From Oleispira sp. (GTDB lineage: Bacteria > Pseudomonadota > Gammaproteobacteria > Pseudomonadales > Oceanobacteraceae), in contig JBNMQK010000004.1 of NCBI GenBank assembly GCA_051278005.1, positions 2,945 through 66,944 on the forward strand: 64,000 nt of DNA, given 5' to 3'. This document shows, piece by piece, positions 21,549 through 30,592 of the stretch. The notes beneath the pieces are model-generated. The model was not told where the DNA came from and did not search any database. It worked only from the letters and a program-made list of their open reading frames with translations. The position numbers and the translations under genes were made by a program. Numbering within the stretch: the first letter of the stretch is position 1; each line of letters opens with the position of its first letter.

Positions 21549-21561
21549 AATCAATTGCTTA
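21549..21561. promoter_or_regulatory. IHF site
   Basis: AATCAATTGCTTA matches WATCAANNNNTTR. Confidence 0.75.
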
Positions 21562-21589
21562 TGTGTTTTATCTCACAGAGAAACCAATG

Positions 21590-21652
21590 TGTTACACCAA
21601 AGTGTTACTTGAAGTAATGTTAAAACGTAATAAAGGTAACGATTATGTAACG
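21590..21652. promoter_or_regulatory. CbrB-type upstream activator sites
   Basis: TGTTAC at 21590 and 21603; GTAACG at 21636 and 21647. Confidence 0.7.
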
Positions 21653-21940
21653 CTGCGTAAGTTTTTACTTAAAATGAGCCACTCTTGCATTTATTGACGG
21701 ATACGGTGGTTAATGGGTAGTTAAATAAGGGGGCATATTGGTAATCTGTAAGTTTATTGGCGTTTGCTTGGCCCATAAATAAACAAAAAAAGAAGTTATT
21801 GAGATATTTGAACATTGAATGAATGTTAAGAGCTTGATTTTGACGTTTTAGAAAAATGACTTGAGTGCACTGTGGCAATCTACTTATTGAGTTTGAGGTA
21901 ATACGAATTGGGAGCAGATATTAAAAATAGGAAGGATAGG

Positions 21941-21990
21941 TAAATAAAGGACTCATTGCTTTACACTGCATTTTGGAGTGTAAAGCAATG
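21941..21990 (-). terminator. terminator hairpin of sRNA copy 1
   Basis: Perfect 14-bp stem CATTGCTTTACACT/AGTGTAAAGCAATG followed by CCUUUAUUUA. Confidence 0.7.
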
Positions 21991-22123
21991 GGTACTCAGT
22001 GAGCCCGGGTTTTATTATTATTTAGAGCTCTTAATTAGCGTTATTATTCTTATTATCGCCAATCTTTTATCATACTGCCCTAATTTTGTTTTTATTGTCT
22101 GGGTAGTATTGTTGTTCTTAGTT
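21941..22123 (-). ncRNA. crcZ: CrcZ-like sRNA, copy 1 (about 180 nt; ends approximate)
   Basis: Canonical position immediately downstream of cbrB; sigma54 promoter; starts AACUAAGAACAACAAUACUACCCAGACAAUAAAAACAAAA; four A-rich tracts; closing 14-bp hairpin. Confidence 0.82.
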
Positions 22124-22133
22124 CTTTTTCTTT

Positions 22134-22150
22134 AGCAGGGAACGTGCCAA
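22134..22150 (-). promoter_or_regulatory. sigma54 (-24/-12) promoter of sRNA copy 1
   Basis: TTGGCACGTTCCCTGCT, GG-N10-GC. Confidence 0.88.
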
Positions 22151-22168
22151 TTTTTAAAAACTCTTTAT

Positions 22169-22181
22169 AATCAATGTCTTA
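22169..22181. promoter_or_regulatory. IHF site
   Basis: AATCAATGTCTTA matches WATCAANNNNTTR; same offset from -24 as in copy 2. Confidence 0.75.
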
Positions 22182-22201
22182 TAAAGTGCAATAGAAAAAT
22201 T

Positions 22202-22229
22202 GTAACAAACTGGCACTAATTTTTGTTAC
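22202..22229. promoter_or_regulatory. CbrB-type upstream activator sites
   Basis: GTAACA at 22202 and TGTTAC at 22224. Confidence 0.7.
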
Positions 22230-22306
22230 CTAGAGAGCAGGTTTTTGGGTCTAGTTGATACCTTGGTGGCGGATTATGACCGAGAATAGCGACCCCAGTC
22301 TATGAC

Positions 22307-23695
22307 TTAACTAGTCTTTGTCGCTTTTTTGCGTGGAATGCCCAGTCGCTGTCGGCGTTCCCATAAACATTTACGTGAGACACCTAATTTACGGGCTAAG
22401 TCGGTTTCGTTCATGCCATCTTCATTTTCAAGTACGAAATGCATAAAGTAATCGTCCAAAGAGAGATCACCTTGGCTTGTTTTATGGTTGCTTGTTTTCG
22501 GATTGAGAAGATTTTCTTTTAAAGTTTGCGGTACGTACTGGTCAGGGGAGGCATCAATAGCCATGTTTTCTGGCGTGATTTCATCACCATCAGCCAAAAT
22601 TACTGCACGCTCAATAGCATTTTCTAGTTCGCGAACATTCCCCGGCCATCGGTACTGTGAAATCGCTTGGCGAGATGCGTTAGTTAATAGCATTGTGCCG
22701 CGGTTCATTTTTTCACAACTGCGCTGAAGCATGAACTCTGCCAGCTCCATTACGTCTTGTCCTCTTGCACGCAACGGCGGTAGATGGAGTTCTAATACAT
22801 TGAGTCGATAATAGAGATCTTCACGGAATTCAGCTTTTGAGGCTAATTCTTTTAAGTTTCTGTGAGTGGCCGCAATTAAACGAACGTCGACCTTTCGACT
22901 TTGTACCGAGCCAACACGTCGAATTTCACCTTCTTGCAATACGCGCAATAAACGCGCTTGTGCTTCGAGTGGTAATTCGCCAATTTCGTCTAAAAATAAG
23001 GTGCCGCCATCAGCCGCTTCGACCAAGCCTAAGCGTAAAGTCGCAGCGCCTGTGAACGCCCCTTTTTCGTGGCCAAATAACTCAGATTCAATCAATGACT
23101 CAGGAATGGCCGCGCAGTTAACCGAAATCATGGGTGCATCTTTGCGGCGGCTTTGTGTATGCAGGGCGCGGGCGACTAACTCCTTACCGGTTCCTGACTC
23201 ACCTTGAATCAACACGGTTGCGTCGGTCGGAGCCACCTTGCTGATTTTTGAAAATAAATTATTCATCAGCGAGCTACTGCCAATAATACCGGTAACAGGG
23301 TATTCTTTGGCAACTTCATCTTGCAATACTTCGTTACTTCGGCTGAGGTTGCGTTGTTTAAGAATACGTTCAACCGTTAATAGCATTTCTTCATGATCGA
23401 AGGGCTTGGCAATGTAATCGACGGCCCCCAGTTTCATGGCATCCACTGCGGATCTTAAGCTGGCATAACTGGTCATGATGAGCACGGGAGTCTCACCTGC
23501 AAGCTCAATTAACTCGGTACCGTTGCCGCCAGGTAAGCGGAGGTCGCTGATAATCATGTCGTAATCGCTGAAGGTCAGCTCTTTTGCAATATGCAGAGAG
23601 TCTGCTTCATGAATTTCATGCCCTTGGCGTTCTAATAAGCGTTTTACTGCTTGGCGAATAATTTTCTCGTCTTCAACGACTAAAATACGGCTCAT
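22307..23695 (-). CDS. cbrB: sigma54-dependent response regulator CbrB
   Basis: Receiver + AAA+ (GESGTGKE, GAFTGA) + C-terminal LSLDDYF.HFVLE...ETDLARKLGVSRKCLWERRQRLGIPR typical of CbrB; synteny with pcnB. Confidence 0.93.
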   Translation of the reverse strand: MSRILVVEDEKIIRQAVKRLLERQGHEIHEADSLHIAKELTFSDYDMIISDLRLPGGNGTELIELAGETPVLIMTSYASLRSAVDAMKLGAVDYIAKPFDHEEMLLTVERILKQRNLSRSNEVLQDEVAKEYPVTGIIGSSSLMNNLFSKISKVAPTDATVLIQGESGTGKELVARALHTQSRRKDAPMISVNCAAIPESLIESELFGHEKGAFTGAATLRLGLVEAADGGTLFLDEIGELPLEAQARLLRVLQEGEIRRVGSVQSRKVDVRLIAATHRNLKELASKAEFREDLYYRLNVLELHLPPLRARGQDVMELAEFMLQRSCEKMNRGTMLLTNASRQAISQYRWPGNVRELENAIERAVILADGDEITPENMAIDASPDQYVPQTLKENLLNPKTSNHKTSQGDLSLDDYFMHFVLENEDGMNETDLARKLGVSRKCLWERRQRLGIPRKKATKTS

Positions 23696-26688
23696 TCGGA
23701 TTTATCCTCAAGCAAGTTATTCTGCGCTTTGGGTAAGCGTAGGGTGACACAGGTACCAGGACTGTTTTGTTGGAGACTTGTATCTGAGGCGCTTGGTAAG
23801 TCTGCGCCTTGCAGTAAGCCTAGTATGTGGCTGGGCACTGGGCTGTCGATGCTAATGTGCCCATAATGTTCTTCGATAATACTATAAACTAAGGCCAGCC
23901 CAAGCCCTGTTCCTTTACCGACTTCTTTAGTTGTAAAAAAAGGGTCGAAAATATGATCGAGTTTATCTTCAGCTATCCCGCTGCCTTGGTCAACCACATA
24001 CACGATGACTTGGTATGGGTCCACGTGCCCAAAAATGTGGATACTGCTGAAATCAGGGCTGGCATCCCTGGCATTGCTTAATAGATTGATAAACACTTGT
24101 ACTAAGCGTTGAGAATCACCGACCACTTGCCAGCGGGCGTCGCATTCATTGATGTACTCAATATCCCGACCTTGGTTACTGAGGAGTAATAACTGAATTG
24201 CTTCATCGATACAGGTACCGATGTTGACGGTCAGATGCTCTGTTGTTAAGTGTCCAGAATGCGAGAAGTTTATTAACGATTGTACGATGCGGGTAACCCG
24301 CCTCGTTTGCTCCTGAATTTGATCGGCCATTTCTAGAATTTCTTTATTATCAGTTTCATAACGCATGCTTTGTGCTAAACAATCGATACCGGTAATGGGG
24401 TTGCCAATTTCATGAGCCACTCCCGCGGCTAAGCGACCAATGGAGGCTAGCCGTTCACTGTGTATAAGTTCTTCTTCTAACATCTGGGTTTCAGTTTGAT
24501 CTTCAACCAAAATAACCGTACCGCCCGGTTGACTGCCGGCCGCTTTAATAATGGATTTGTGCAAGTTGTACCAGTGTGGTCGTCCTAGCTGTTCAATGCG
24601 CTTTTTATGCTGGTGGATGGCATCATCACATAAAAACTCATTCAGCATGCAGCCCCAAGGTTCTGCGGCGGCTGTTAGACGAGAACCGGTGACGTCACTC
24701 GGAGTGATTCCTGTGAGATCCTGCATGGCGGCATTCCACATAAGCACTTCTCCTTCATCGGATACTGAGCATACTCCGATAGGAAGACGTTCAAGCGTTT
24801 GGCGGTGATAGCGGCGTAAGTTATCCAGCTCACCCGCTAGGCCGCTTAAGCGATCATGAAAACCTTCAATGCGCTGTTCAATTTGATAGATATCTTCGCT
24901 TAATACCGCGTTCGCTTGAAAGGGCAGGTTGCGATTGATAATATCGTGCGCCACGGTAGGGCCCATTAAACCTGATAGGTTGGCCTCTAATCGCGTGCGT
25001 AAACGGCGTAATGCGTAAGGGCGATCCTCATAAGAGGGTAGGCTCAAATCGACCAGTGCCTGATGAACTTCTCTCTCTGCTACATAACGTCCTAATGGCT
25101 TGCTGAGTGAAATAATAATGTCATTAGAATTACCGGCGATAAGAGGCTTGCGGCTTGGGCGCGATACGGTATCAACAGAGCAGGCTTCTGCGGCTGCTCT
25201 TTCAGACTCTTTTTGAGTGGTTGTTAAGCTAACGATAATAAATAGGACTAAATTAACGCAAAAGCTTCCCATCGCCGCAACATGCCAATTATTCATGTCG
25301 GTTGCCGGTAACGAAATCGAGTACTGCCAGCCTAGCGTTAAGTGGGAAAGTGGCAGCAATAGCGTGTAGGCCCAAGCGATAATGCCGATACTGAGGCCCG
25401 CAATAAGTCCCCAGCGGTTTGCCTTAGGCCAGTATAAAACGCCCAGTACACCCGGTAAAAATTGTATAGCCGCCACAAAGGCAAGTATGCCGAGTAAGGT
25501 GATTTGAATGTCAGCGCCAATAATGCGGTAAAAACCGTAAGCAGCCACCAGTATTGCACCAATCAGGCATCGTCTAACCCATAATAACCATTGGTAAAAA
25601 TCTTGTTTTGGGCCAGGTTTATAGCTAGGTAATACAATATGGTTTAAAAACATGGCGGCTGTCGCCAGTGTCGTCACAATGATGACCCCAGATGCCGCGG
25701 CCAAGCCCCCTACAAAAACCATGATGACTAATACTTCAGAGTTGAGTGCCATGCCAATGCCTAGGGCATAAAACTCAGGGGGCACTTCCAGTTCTAAATA
25801 AATACCTGCCCATAAAATAGGGGGTACAGAAAGGCTCATGAGTAATAAAAATAGAGGAAGCCCCCAGGTGGCTGTGCGCAGTGCTTTTGGATTGATGTTC
25901 TCCGTAAACGTGACGTGAAACATATGCGGGGCGACAACGGCCGCTGCAAAGAAAACCAATAGTAGAGTTCGCCATGGGCCTTCTTGTAAATTAGTTTGGC
26001 GGCTAATTAGCTGTTCTTGATTGGCAGCTAGCCAGCTCTGCATATCCCCTGAACCATCAAAAACAAAGAATAATGCGGTGATGCCTAATATGGTAATAGC
26101 GACCAGTTTTAATACGGACTCAAAGGCTAAAGCAAAAACCAATCCTTCGTGCTTTTCTCGCGGAGAAACATGGCGCGCGCCAAATAAAATAGCGAAAACG
26201 ACCATGGTGATACAAAAGCCAAAGGCTAAAGTGGTCGAGGGAAGGTCGGCGTTCAGTAAGTACATACTTTCGGCGACCGCCGCTATCTGCAAAGTGAGCA
26301 GCGGTAATGCCACTGCCAAAGTAAAAAGCGTCACCATGACGCCGGCTAAGCGGCTGCGATAACGAAAAGCGAATAAGTCTGCGAGTGAACTGAGCTGATA
26401 AGTACGGGTGATATGGAGTATGGGCTTAAGCAGAATAGGGGAAAGAATAAATGCCCCGCTGATCCCCAGATAATAGGCTAAAAAGCCATAGCCGTATTGA
26501 TCGGCCATTGCTACAGAGCCATAAAATGCCCACGCACTGGCATAGACACCTAAAGATAAAACGTAAACGATGGGGTGGCGAACCCAATGCTTAGGAATCC
26601 AACCTCGATCAACGATGTACGCAGCTAAAAATAAGAAAAAAAGATAGCCAAAGACGATGAGACTCAATTGAGTAAGACTAAAGCTCAT
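23692..26688 (-). CDS. cbrA: sensor kinase CbrA (SLC5-like transporter, STAC, PAS, HisKA, HATPase)
   Basis: VYVLSLGVYASAWAFYGS multi-TM N-terminus, AHEIGNP, FFTTK, GTGLGL; 4-bp overlap with cbrB. Confidence 0.93.
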   Translation of the reverse strand: MSFSLTQLSLIVFGYLFFLFLAAYIVDRGWIPKHWVRHPIVYVLSLGVYASAWAFYGSVAMADQYGYGFLAYYLGISGAFILSPILLKPILHITRTYQLSSLADLFAFRYRSRLAGVMVTLFTLAVALPLLTLQIAAVAESMYLLNADLPSTTLAFGFCITMVVFAILFGARHVSPREKHEGLVFALAFESVLKLVAITILGITALFFVFDGSGDMQSWLAANQEQLISRQTNLQEGPWRTLLLVFFAAAVVAPHMFHVTFTENINPKALRTATWGLPLFLLLMSLSVPPILWAGIYLELEVPPEFYALGIGMALNSEVLVIMVFVGGLAAASGVIIVTTLATAAMFLNHIVLPSYKPGPKQDFYQWLLWVRRCLIGAILVAAYGFYRIIGADIQITLLGILAFVAAIQFLPGVLGVLYWPKANRWGLIAGLSIGIIAWAYTLLLPLSHLTLGWQYSISLPATDMNNWHVAAMGSFCVNLVLFIIVSLTTTQKESERAAAEACSVDTVSRPSRKPLIAGNSNDIIISLSKPLGRYVAEREVHQALVDLSLPSYEDRPYALRRLRTRLEANLSGLMGPTVAHDIINRNLPFQANAVLSEDIYQIEQRIEGFHDRLSGLAGELDNLRRYHRQTLERLPIGVCSVSDEGEVLMWNAAMQDLTGITPSDVTGSRLTAAAEPWGCMLNEFLCDDAIHQHKKRIEQLGRPHWYNLHKSIIKAAGSQPGGTVILVEDQTETQMLEEELIHSERLASIGRLAAGVAHEIGNPITGIDCLAQSMRYETDNKEILEMADQIQEQTRRVTRIVQSLINFSHSGHLTTEHLTVNIGTCIDEAIQLLLLSNQGRDIEYINECDARWQVVGDSQRLVQVFINLLSNARDASPDFSSIHIFGHVDPYQVIVYVVDQGSGIAEDKLDHIFDPFFTTKEVGKGTGLGLALVYSIIEEHYGHISIDSPVPSHILGLLQGADLPSASDTSLQQNSPGTCVTLRLPKAQNNLLEDKSE

Positions 26689-26854
26689 CGGGGCCTCGTT
26701 TATATTCTACCCATATATAAATCGCGATTAATAGAAACCAAAATGCAAAAGGATGATACCAAGCACCATTAGGTGCTAGCCACCAATCAATGATAACGGG
26801 TGAAAAAATATATAACCCGACTACCAATAGCAGCGAGACTCGATAATCGTACAT
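26678..26854 (-). CDS. cbrX: CbrX-like 58-aa membrane peptide overlapping the cbrA start
   Basis: Below ORF-track cutoff: MYDYRVSLLLVVGLYIFSPVIIDWWLAPNGAWYHPFAFWFLLIAIYIWVEYKRGPDEL*; 11-bp overlap with cbrA. Confidence 0.85.
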   Translation of the reverse strand: MYDYRVSLLLVVGLYIFSPVIIDWWLAPNGAWYHPFAFWFLLIAIYIWVEYKRGPDEL

Positions 26855-26934
26855 ATCAGGCTCTTATTATGAATTATCTGTTTATAATGTTACCGAGAGT
26901 AACATATTGTCTACTTTATCGATATTTGATGTGC

Positions 26935-27864
26935 TTAAATTGCCGCTTGGTTTTGCACATATTGCAGTTTTAGTGGCTGCCAATGTGCGATTGCCCAAGT
27001 TAACATTTCTTTGACGCTTGCATTGTGTAAATTTTCTGGCGGATTTTGTCCAAGCCAAGACAGAGCGCGCCATATCGCGTCTGTTGGGTTATCAAGACTC
27101 AGTCCCGGCGCTAAATTCTGTTTACTCAACTTCTGACCATTTTCAGCGCAGGCGACAGGAATGTGAGCATATTCGGGAACTGGGTAGTTCAGCGCGTGCT
27201 GAAGCATATTCTGTCGCAAGGTTGAATCGATCAAGTCGATGCCTCTTACAACATGAGTGACCCCTTGCTGGAAATCATCAACCACCATCGCCAGTTGATA
27301 AGCCCAAAGTTGATCTTTACGCCTCACCACAAAATCGCCAATAGACTCCGTAATGGATTGACTAAAATCACCCTGCAGGTAATCGTAAAAAGCAGCATGG
27401 CTTTGTTGATTATGGGCAGCTGACTGCTGACTATCAAAGCGCCAAGCAAACTGCTGAGGAGCTGATTCTTGAGCGAGAGAAAGACAATTACTAAAATGAA
27501 TACCTGTGCTATCGGCGAGTTGTTTTCGCGAGCACGTACAAGGAAAGACTGATTTTTGCCGTATTAGTTGATCAAGAGCGTATTGATACACATCGCTGCG
27601 TTGGCTTTGATAAATAATGTTTTGGTCAGAAAACAAACCATAGGTATCTAAGGTTTTTAGAATTAAGTCCGTTGCGCCAAGCATTTCACGCGGAGGATCA
27701 ATATCTTCAATGCGAATAAGCCATTGTCCATGATGAGATTTTGCATCAAGGTAACTGGCGAGAGCCGCTAATAACGAGCCAAAATGAAGTGGCCCTGTAG
27801 GAGAGGGAGCAAAACGGCCAATATAGTCAATATTGGCCAAAGAGTCAGGGGAACGATTAAACAC
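26935..27864 (-). CDS. gluQ: glutamyl-queuosine tRNA(Asp) synthetase
   Basis: GRFAPSPTGPLHFGS, RIEDIDPPRE, KLSKQN; downstream of dksA. Confidence 0.95.
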   Translation of the reverse strand: MFNRSPDSLANIDYIGRFAPSPTGPLHFGSLLAALASYLDAKSHHGQWLIRIEDIDPPREMLGATDLILKTLDTYGLFSDQNIIYQSQRSDVYQYALDQLIRQKSVFPCTCSRKQLADSTGIHFSNCLSLAQESAPQQFAWRFDSQQSAAHNQQSHAAFYDYLQGDFSQSITESIGDFVVRRKDQLWAYQLAMVVDDFQQGVTHVVRGIDLIDSTLRQNMLQHALNYPVPEYAHIPVACAENGQKLSKQNLAPGLSLDNPTDAIWRALSWLGQNPPENLHNASVKEMLTWAIAHWQPLKLQYVQNQAAI

Positions 27865-27885
27865 GAATGTCTAAGTGCTAGATTT

Positions 27886-28320
27886 CTAAACGCCCAATTG
27901 GCGTTCTTTAATCTCAGCAAGTGTTTTGCAATCGATGCATAGGTTGGCCGTTGGGCGAGCTTCTAATCGGCGTATACCGATTTCAACACCGCACTCATCG
28001 CAAAAACCATAATCGTCTTTTTCGATCAGTTCTAACGTTTTGTTGATCTTCTTAATCAACTTACGTTCACGATCGCGAGCACGGAGTTCGAGACTAAACT
28101 CTTCTTCCTGGCTGGCACGGTCGCTTGGATCCGCAGCATTATTCGCTTCGGATTGCATATGTTCTTTCGTGCGATCAACTTCTTCCATCAATTCTTGCTT
28201 CCAACTTGCAAGGATCATGCTGAAGTGTTTACGTTGTTCGACGTTCATATACTCTTCACCTACCTTTTCTTTATAAGGGGTAAAGTTTGTAATGTTAAAC
28301 GCTTTATTATCTTGTGGCAT
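27886..28320 (-). CDS. dksA: RNA polymerase-binding factor DksA
   Basis: DPSDRA coiled-coil tip; C4 Zn finger CDECG...CIDCK. Confidence 0.98.
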   Translation of the reverse strand: MPQDNKAFNITNFTPYKEKVGEEYMNVEQRKHFSMILASWKQELMEEVDRTKEHMQSEANNAADPSDRASQEEEFSLELRARDRERKLIKKINKTLELIEKDDYGFCDECGVEIGIRRLEARPTANLCIDCKTLAEIKERQLGV

Positions 28321-28562
28321 AATTGTAGCAGCCTCGTATCGCTACAGAACTCGAATTAATCCCGAGCTGAGCATTATTCCGTGCGTTCGTTTGGAGGATG
28401 AACGCTTTATTTTTTAACGGAGGCAAGCTATCAGATAAATGGGCCAATGACTAGGCGTTAGTTTCATTTTAGTCAATTAAATTAACAGTTTACTGGCCAG
28501 TGGGCCTTAATCTGGCAGAATACCGCGACTAATTACTCTTTTAATATTCTTAGGATATACCT

Positions 28563-29798
28563 GTGACCGGATTTGCCTCTCGTACTGAAGAGATTGCACC
28601 CTTTCAAGTAATGGCCATTTTACAGCAAGCTCAAGCGCTCGCCGCTAAGGGTGTTGATGTGATTCACCTAGAAGTGGGGGAGCCAGATTTTGATACTCCT
28701 GAGCCGATTGTACAGGCGGGTATTAATGCTTTAAAAGAGGGTAAAACCCACTATACCCCAGCACTGGGTTTACCTGAGTTACGTCAGAAAATTGCAGATT
28801 TTTATCAAGACCGTTATGGGATAGAGGTCTCGGCGAGCCGGATTGCGATTACTCCGGGTGCGTCTGGGGCTTTGCTCTTACTGATGGCGGCTCGATTAGA
28901 GGCAGGGGATGAGTTATTAATGGCCGATCCCGGATATCCTTGTAATCGCCATTTTGCGCGAGTATTTGAAGCCCAGGGTCATTTGATTCCAACCTCAGCG
29001 AAGTCGGGTTTTCAGCTGACGTCTGAACACATACAACGGCATTGGAATAACGGGGTGAGCAAAGCCGTATTAATGGCGAGCCCCGCTAACCCTACGGGTG
29101 CGATTATCCCTTATGAGCAGCTGGAAACAATAGCCGCACAGACTCGCCAGCTTGGCGGTGAGTTGTGGGTAGACGAGATTTACCACGGCCTCACCTATCA
29201 TGATGCAAGTACCCGGAGCATCAGTGATAACGAACCCCAAAGTAAGCGCCCACAAACCGCGCTCGCTCTGGGTGAAGACGTTATTGTCATTAATTCGTTC
29301 TCTAAATACTTTGGTATGACAGGCTGGCGTTTAGGCTGGATAGTTGTGCCCGACGATTACATTCCCGTCATTGAACGTCTTGCTCAGAATCTGTTTTTAG
29401 CCCCTTCAACCCCTGCGCAATACGGTGCGTTGGCGGCATTTAGTGAAGAGTCACTGACTATTATGGAAGAGCGCCGCTTAGAGTTGCAGCAACGACGAGA
29501 TTATTTATTAGTCGAGTTACCCAAATTAGGATTTCATATTCCCGTTATTCCTGAGGGGGCTTTTTATATTTACGCCGATGCGAGTCAGCTGACTCAAGAT
29601 ACTCAACAATTTTGCCAACAATTATTACAAGATACGGGCGTCGCACTGACGCCAGGTTTTGATTTTGGTGAACAAAATGCCAATCTTTATGTTCGCTTTG
29701 CTTATACCACTCATATTGAACGTTTACAGCAGGCGGTATTACGCATCAAAACATGGCTTGAACAACAGGTCTTACTGCAGAAATCGTTGGAGAAATAA
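28563..29798 (+). CDS. class I/II PLP-dependent aminotransferase
   Basis: GEPDF, SPANPTG, DEIY, SFSKYFGMTGWRLG. Confidence 0.93.
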   Translation: MTGFASRTEEIAPFQVMAILQQAQALAAKGVDVIHLEVGEPDFDTPEPIVQAGINALKEGKTHYTPALGLPELRQKIADFYQDRYGIEVSASRIAITPGASGALLLLMAARLEAGDELLMADPGYPCNRHFARVFEAQGHLIPTSAKSGFQLTSEHIQRHWNNGVSKAVLMASPANPTGAIIPYEQLETIAAQTRQLGGELWVDEIYHGLTYHDASTRSISDNEPQSKRPQTALALGEDVIVINSFSKYFGMTGWRLGWIVVPDDYIPVIERLAQNLFLAPSTPAQYGALAAFSEESLTIMEERRLELQQRRDYLLVELPKLGFHIPVIPEGAFYIYADASQLTQDTQQFCQQLLQDTGVALTPGFDFGEQNANLYVRFAYTTHIERLQQAVLRIKTWLEQQVLLQKSLEK

Positions 29799-29803
29799 GT
29801 ACG

Positions 29804-30592
29804 ATGGAATACGAACGTCCTTTATTAACGGGCAAACTCCTTCAACGCTATAAGAGATTTTTGTCCGATATAGAATTGACCAGTCCTGCTGAGCGAGCAG
29901 GCGAAATTGTGACGGCGCACTGTGCGAATACGGGCTCGATGACAAACTGCAAAGATGAAGGGGCCAGGGTTTGGTTGTTTGATAGTCAAAATCCAAAACG
30001 TAAATTGCCACTAAGCTGGGAGTGGGTCGAAGTAGAGGGGCAATATAAAGCCTGTATTAATACCGCCAGAGCGAATCAGTTAGTTAAAGAAGCTCTGTTG
30101 GCCAATAAGATTAAAGAAGTCCAGGTCTTATCGGCTGAATATTTAAAAGCGGAACCTAAGGTTGATGAGGGGCGGCTGGATTTTTTAATAAGCTCAGACA
30201 CCGGTAATGCACTGACGTATATCGAAGTAAAAAGCGTGACACTTCTGGGTTATCAAGATCAAAATAAACATGAGCATCAACATAAAGAGGGTCATTCAGA
30301 CAGTAATTTAGTAACAGAAAATATCGGTTACTTTCCTGATGCAGTGACCAGTCGCGGCCTCAAACATTTAGAAGTACTCATGCGTTTAAAAGCCGAAGGC
30401 CAGCGCAGTATTTTATTTTTTTGCGTGCCCCATGAAGGCATTAAACACGTTCGGGTCGCAGAGCACATAGACCCTATTTATGCTGAAAAGTTGCGTGAAG
30501 TCATGGCGGCGGGTGTTGAGGTGTTAGCGTATCAAGTTGAATTTCAACCGCAAGGTATGGTGATAAAAACCCCGCTCGAATTCTCTATTTAA
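29804..30592 (+). CDS. sfsA: DNA/RNA nuclease SfsA
   Basis: RYKRFL, HCANTGSM, EVKSVTL, FPDAVTSRG.KHL, IDPIYA. Confidence 0.95.
   Translation: MEYERPLLTGKLLQRYKRFLSDIELTSPAERAGEIVTAHCANTGSMTNCKDEGARVWLFDSQNPKRKLPLSWEWVEVEGQYKACINTARANQLVKEALLANKIKEVQVLSAEYLKAEPKVDEGRLDFLISSDTGNALTYIEVKSVTLLGYQDQNKHEHQHKEGHSDSNLVTENIGYFPDAVTSRGLKHLEVLMRLKAEGQRSILFFCVPHEGIKHVRVAEHIDPIYAEKLREVMAAGVEVLAYQVEFQPQGMVIKTPLEFSI

Noticed and set aside
21669-21878. 69-aa ORF between the two sRNAs
   Set aside because: TTG start, no SD, low-complexity AT-rich translation; probably spacer DNA
21200-22120. Repeated TTATTATTCTTATT units as a possible CRISPR array or microsatellite
   Set aside because: Repeats are short, degenerate and irregularly spaced, with no cas genes; better explained as Hfq-binding tracts of sRNAs
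22211-22226. + strand TGGCAC as an antisense sigma54 promoter
   Set aside because: No GC at the required -12 position
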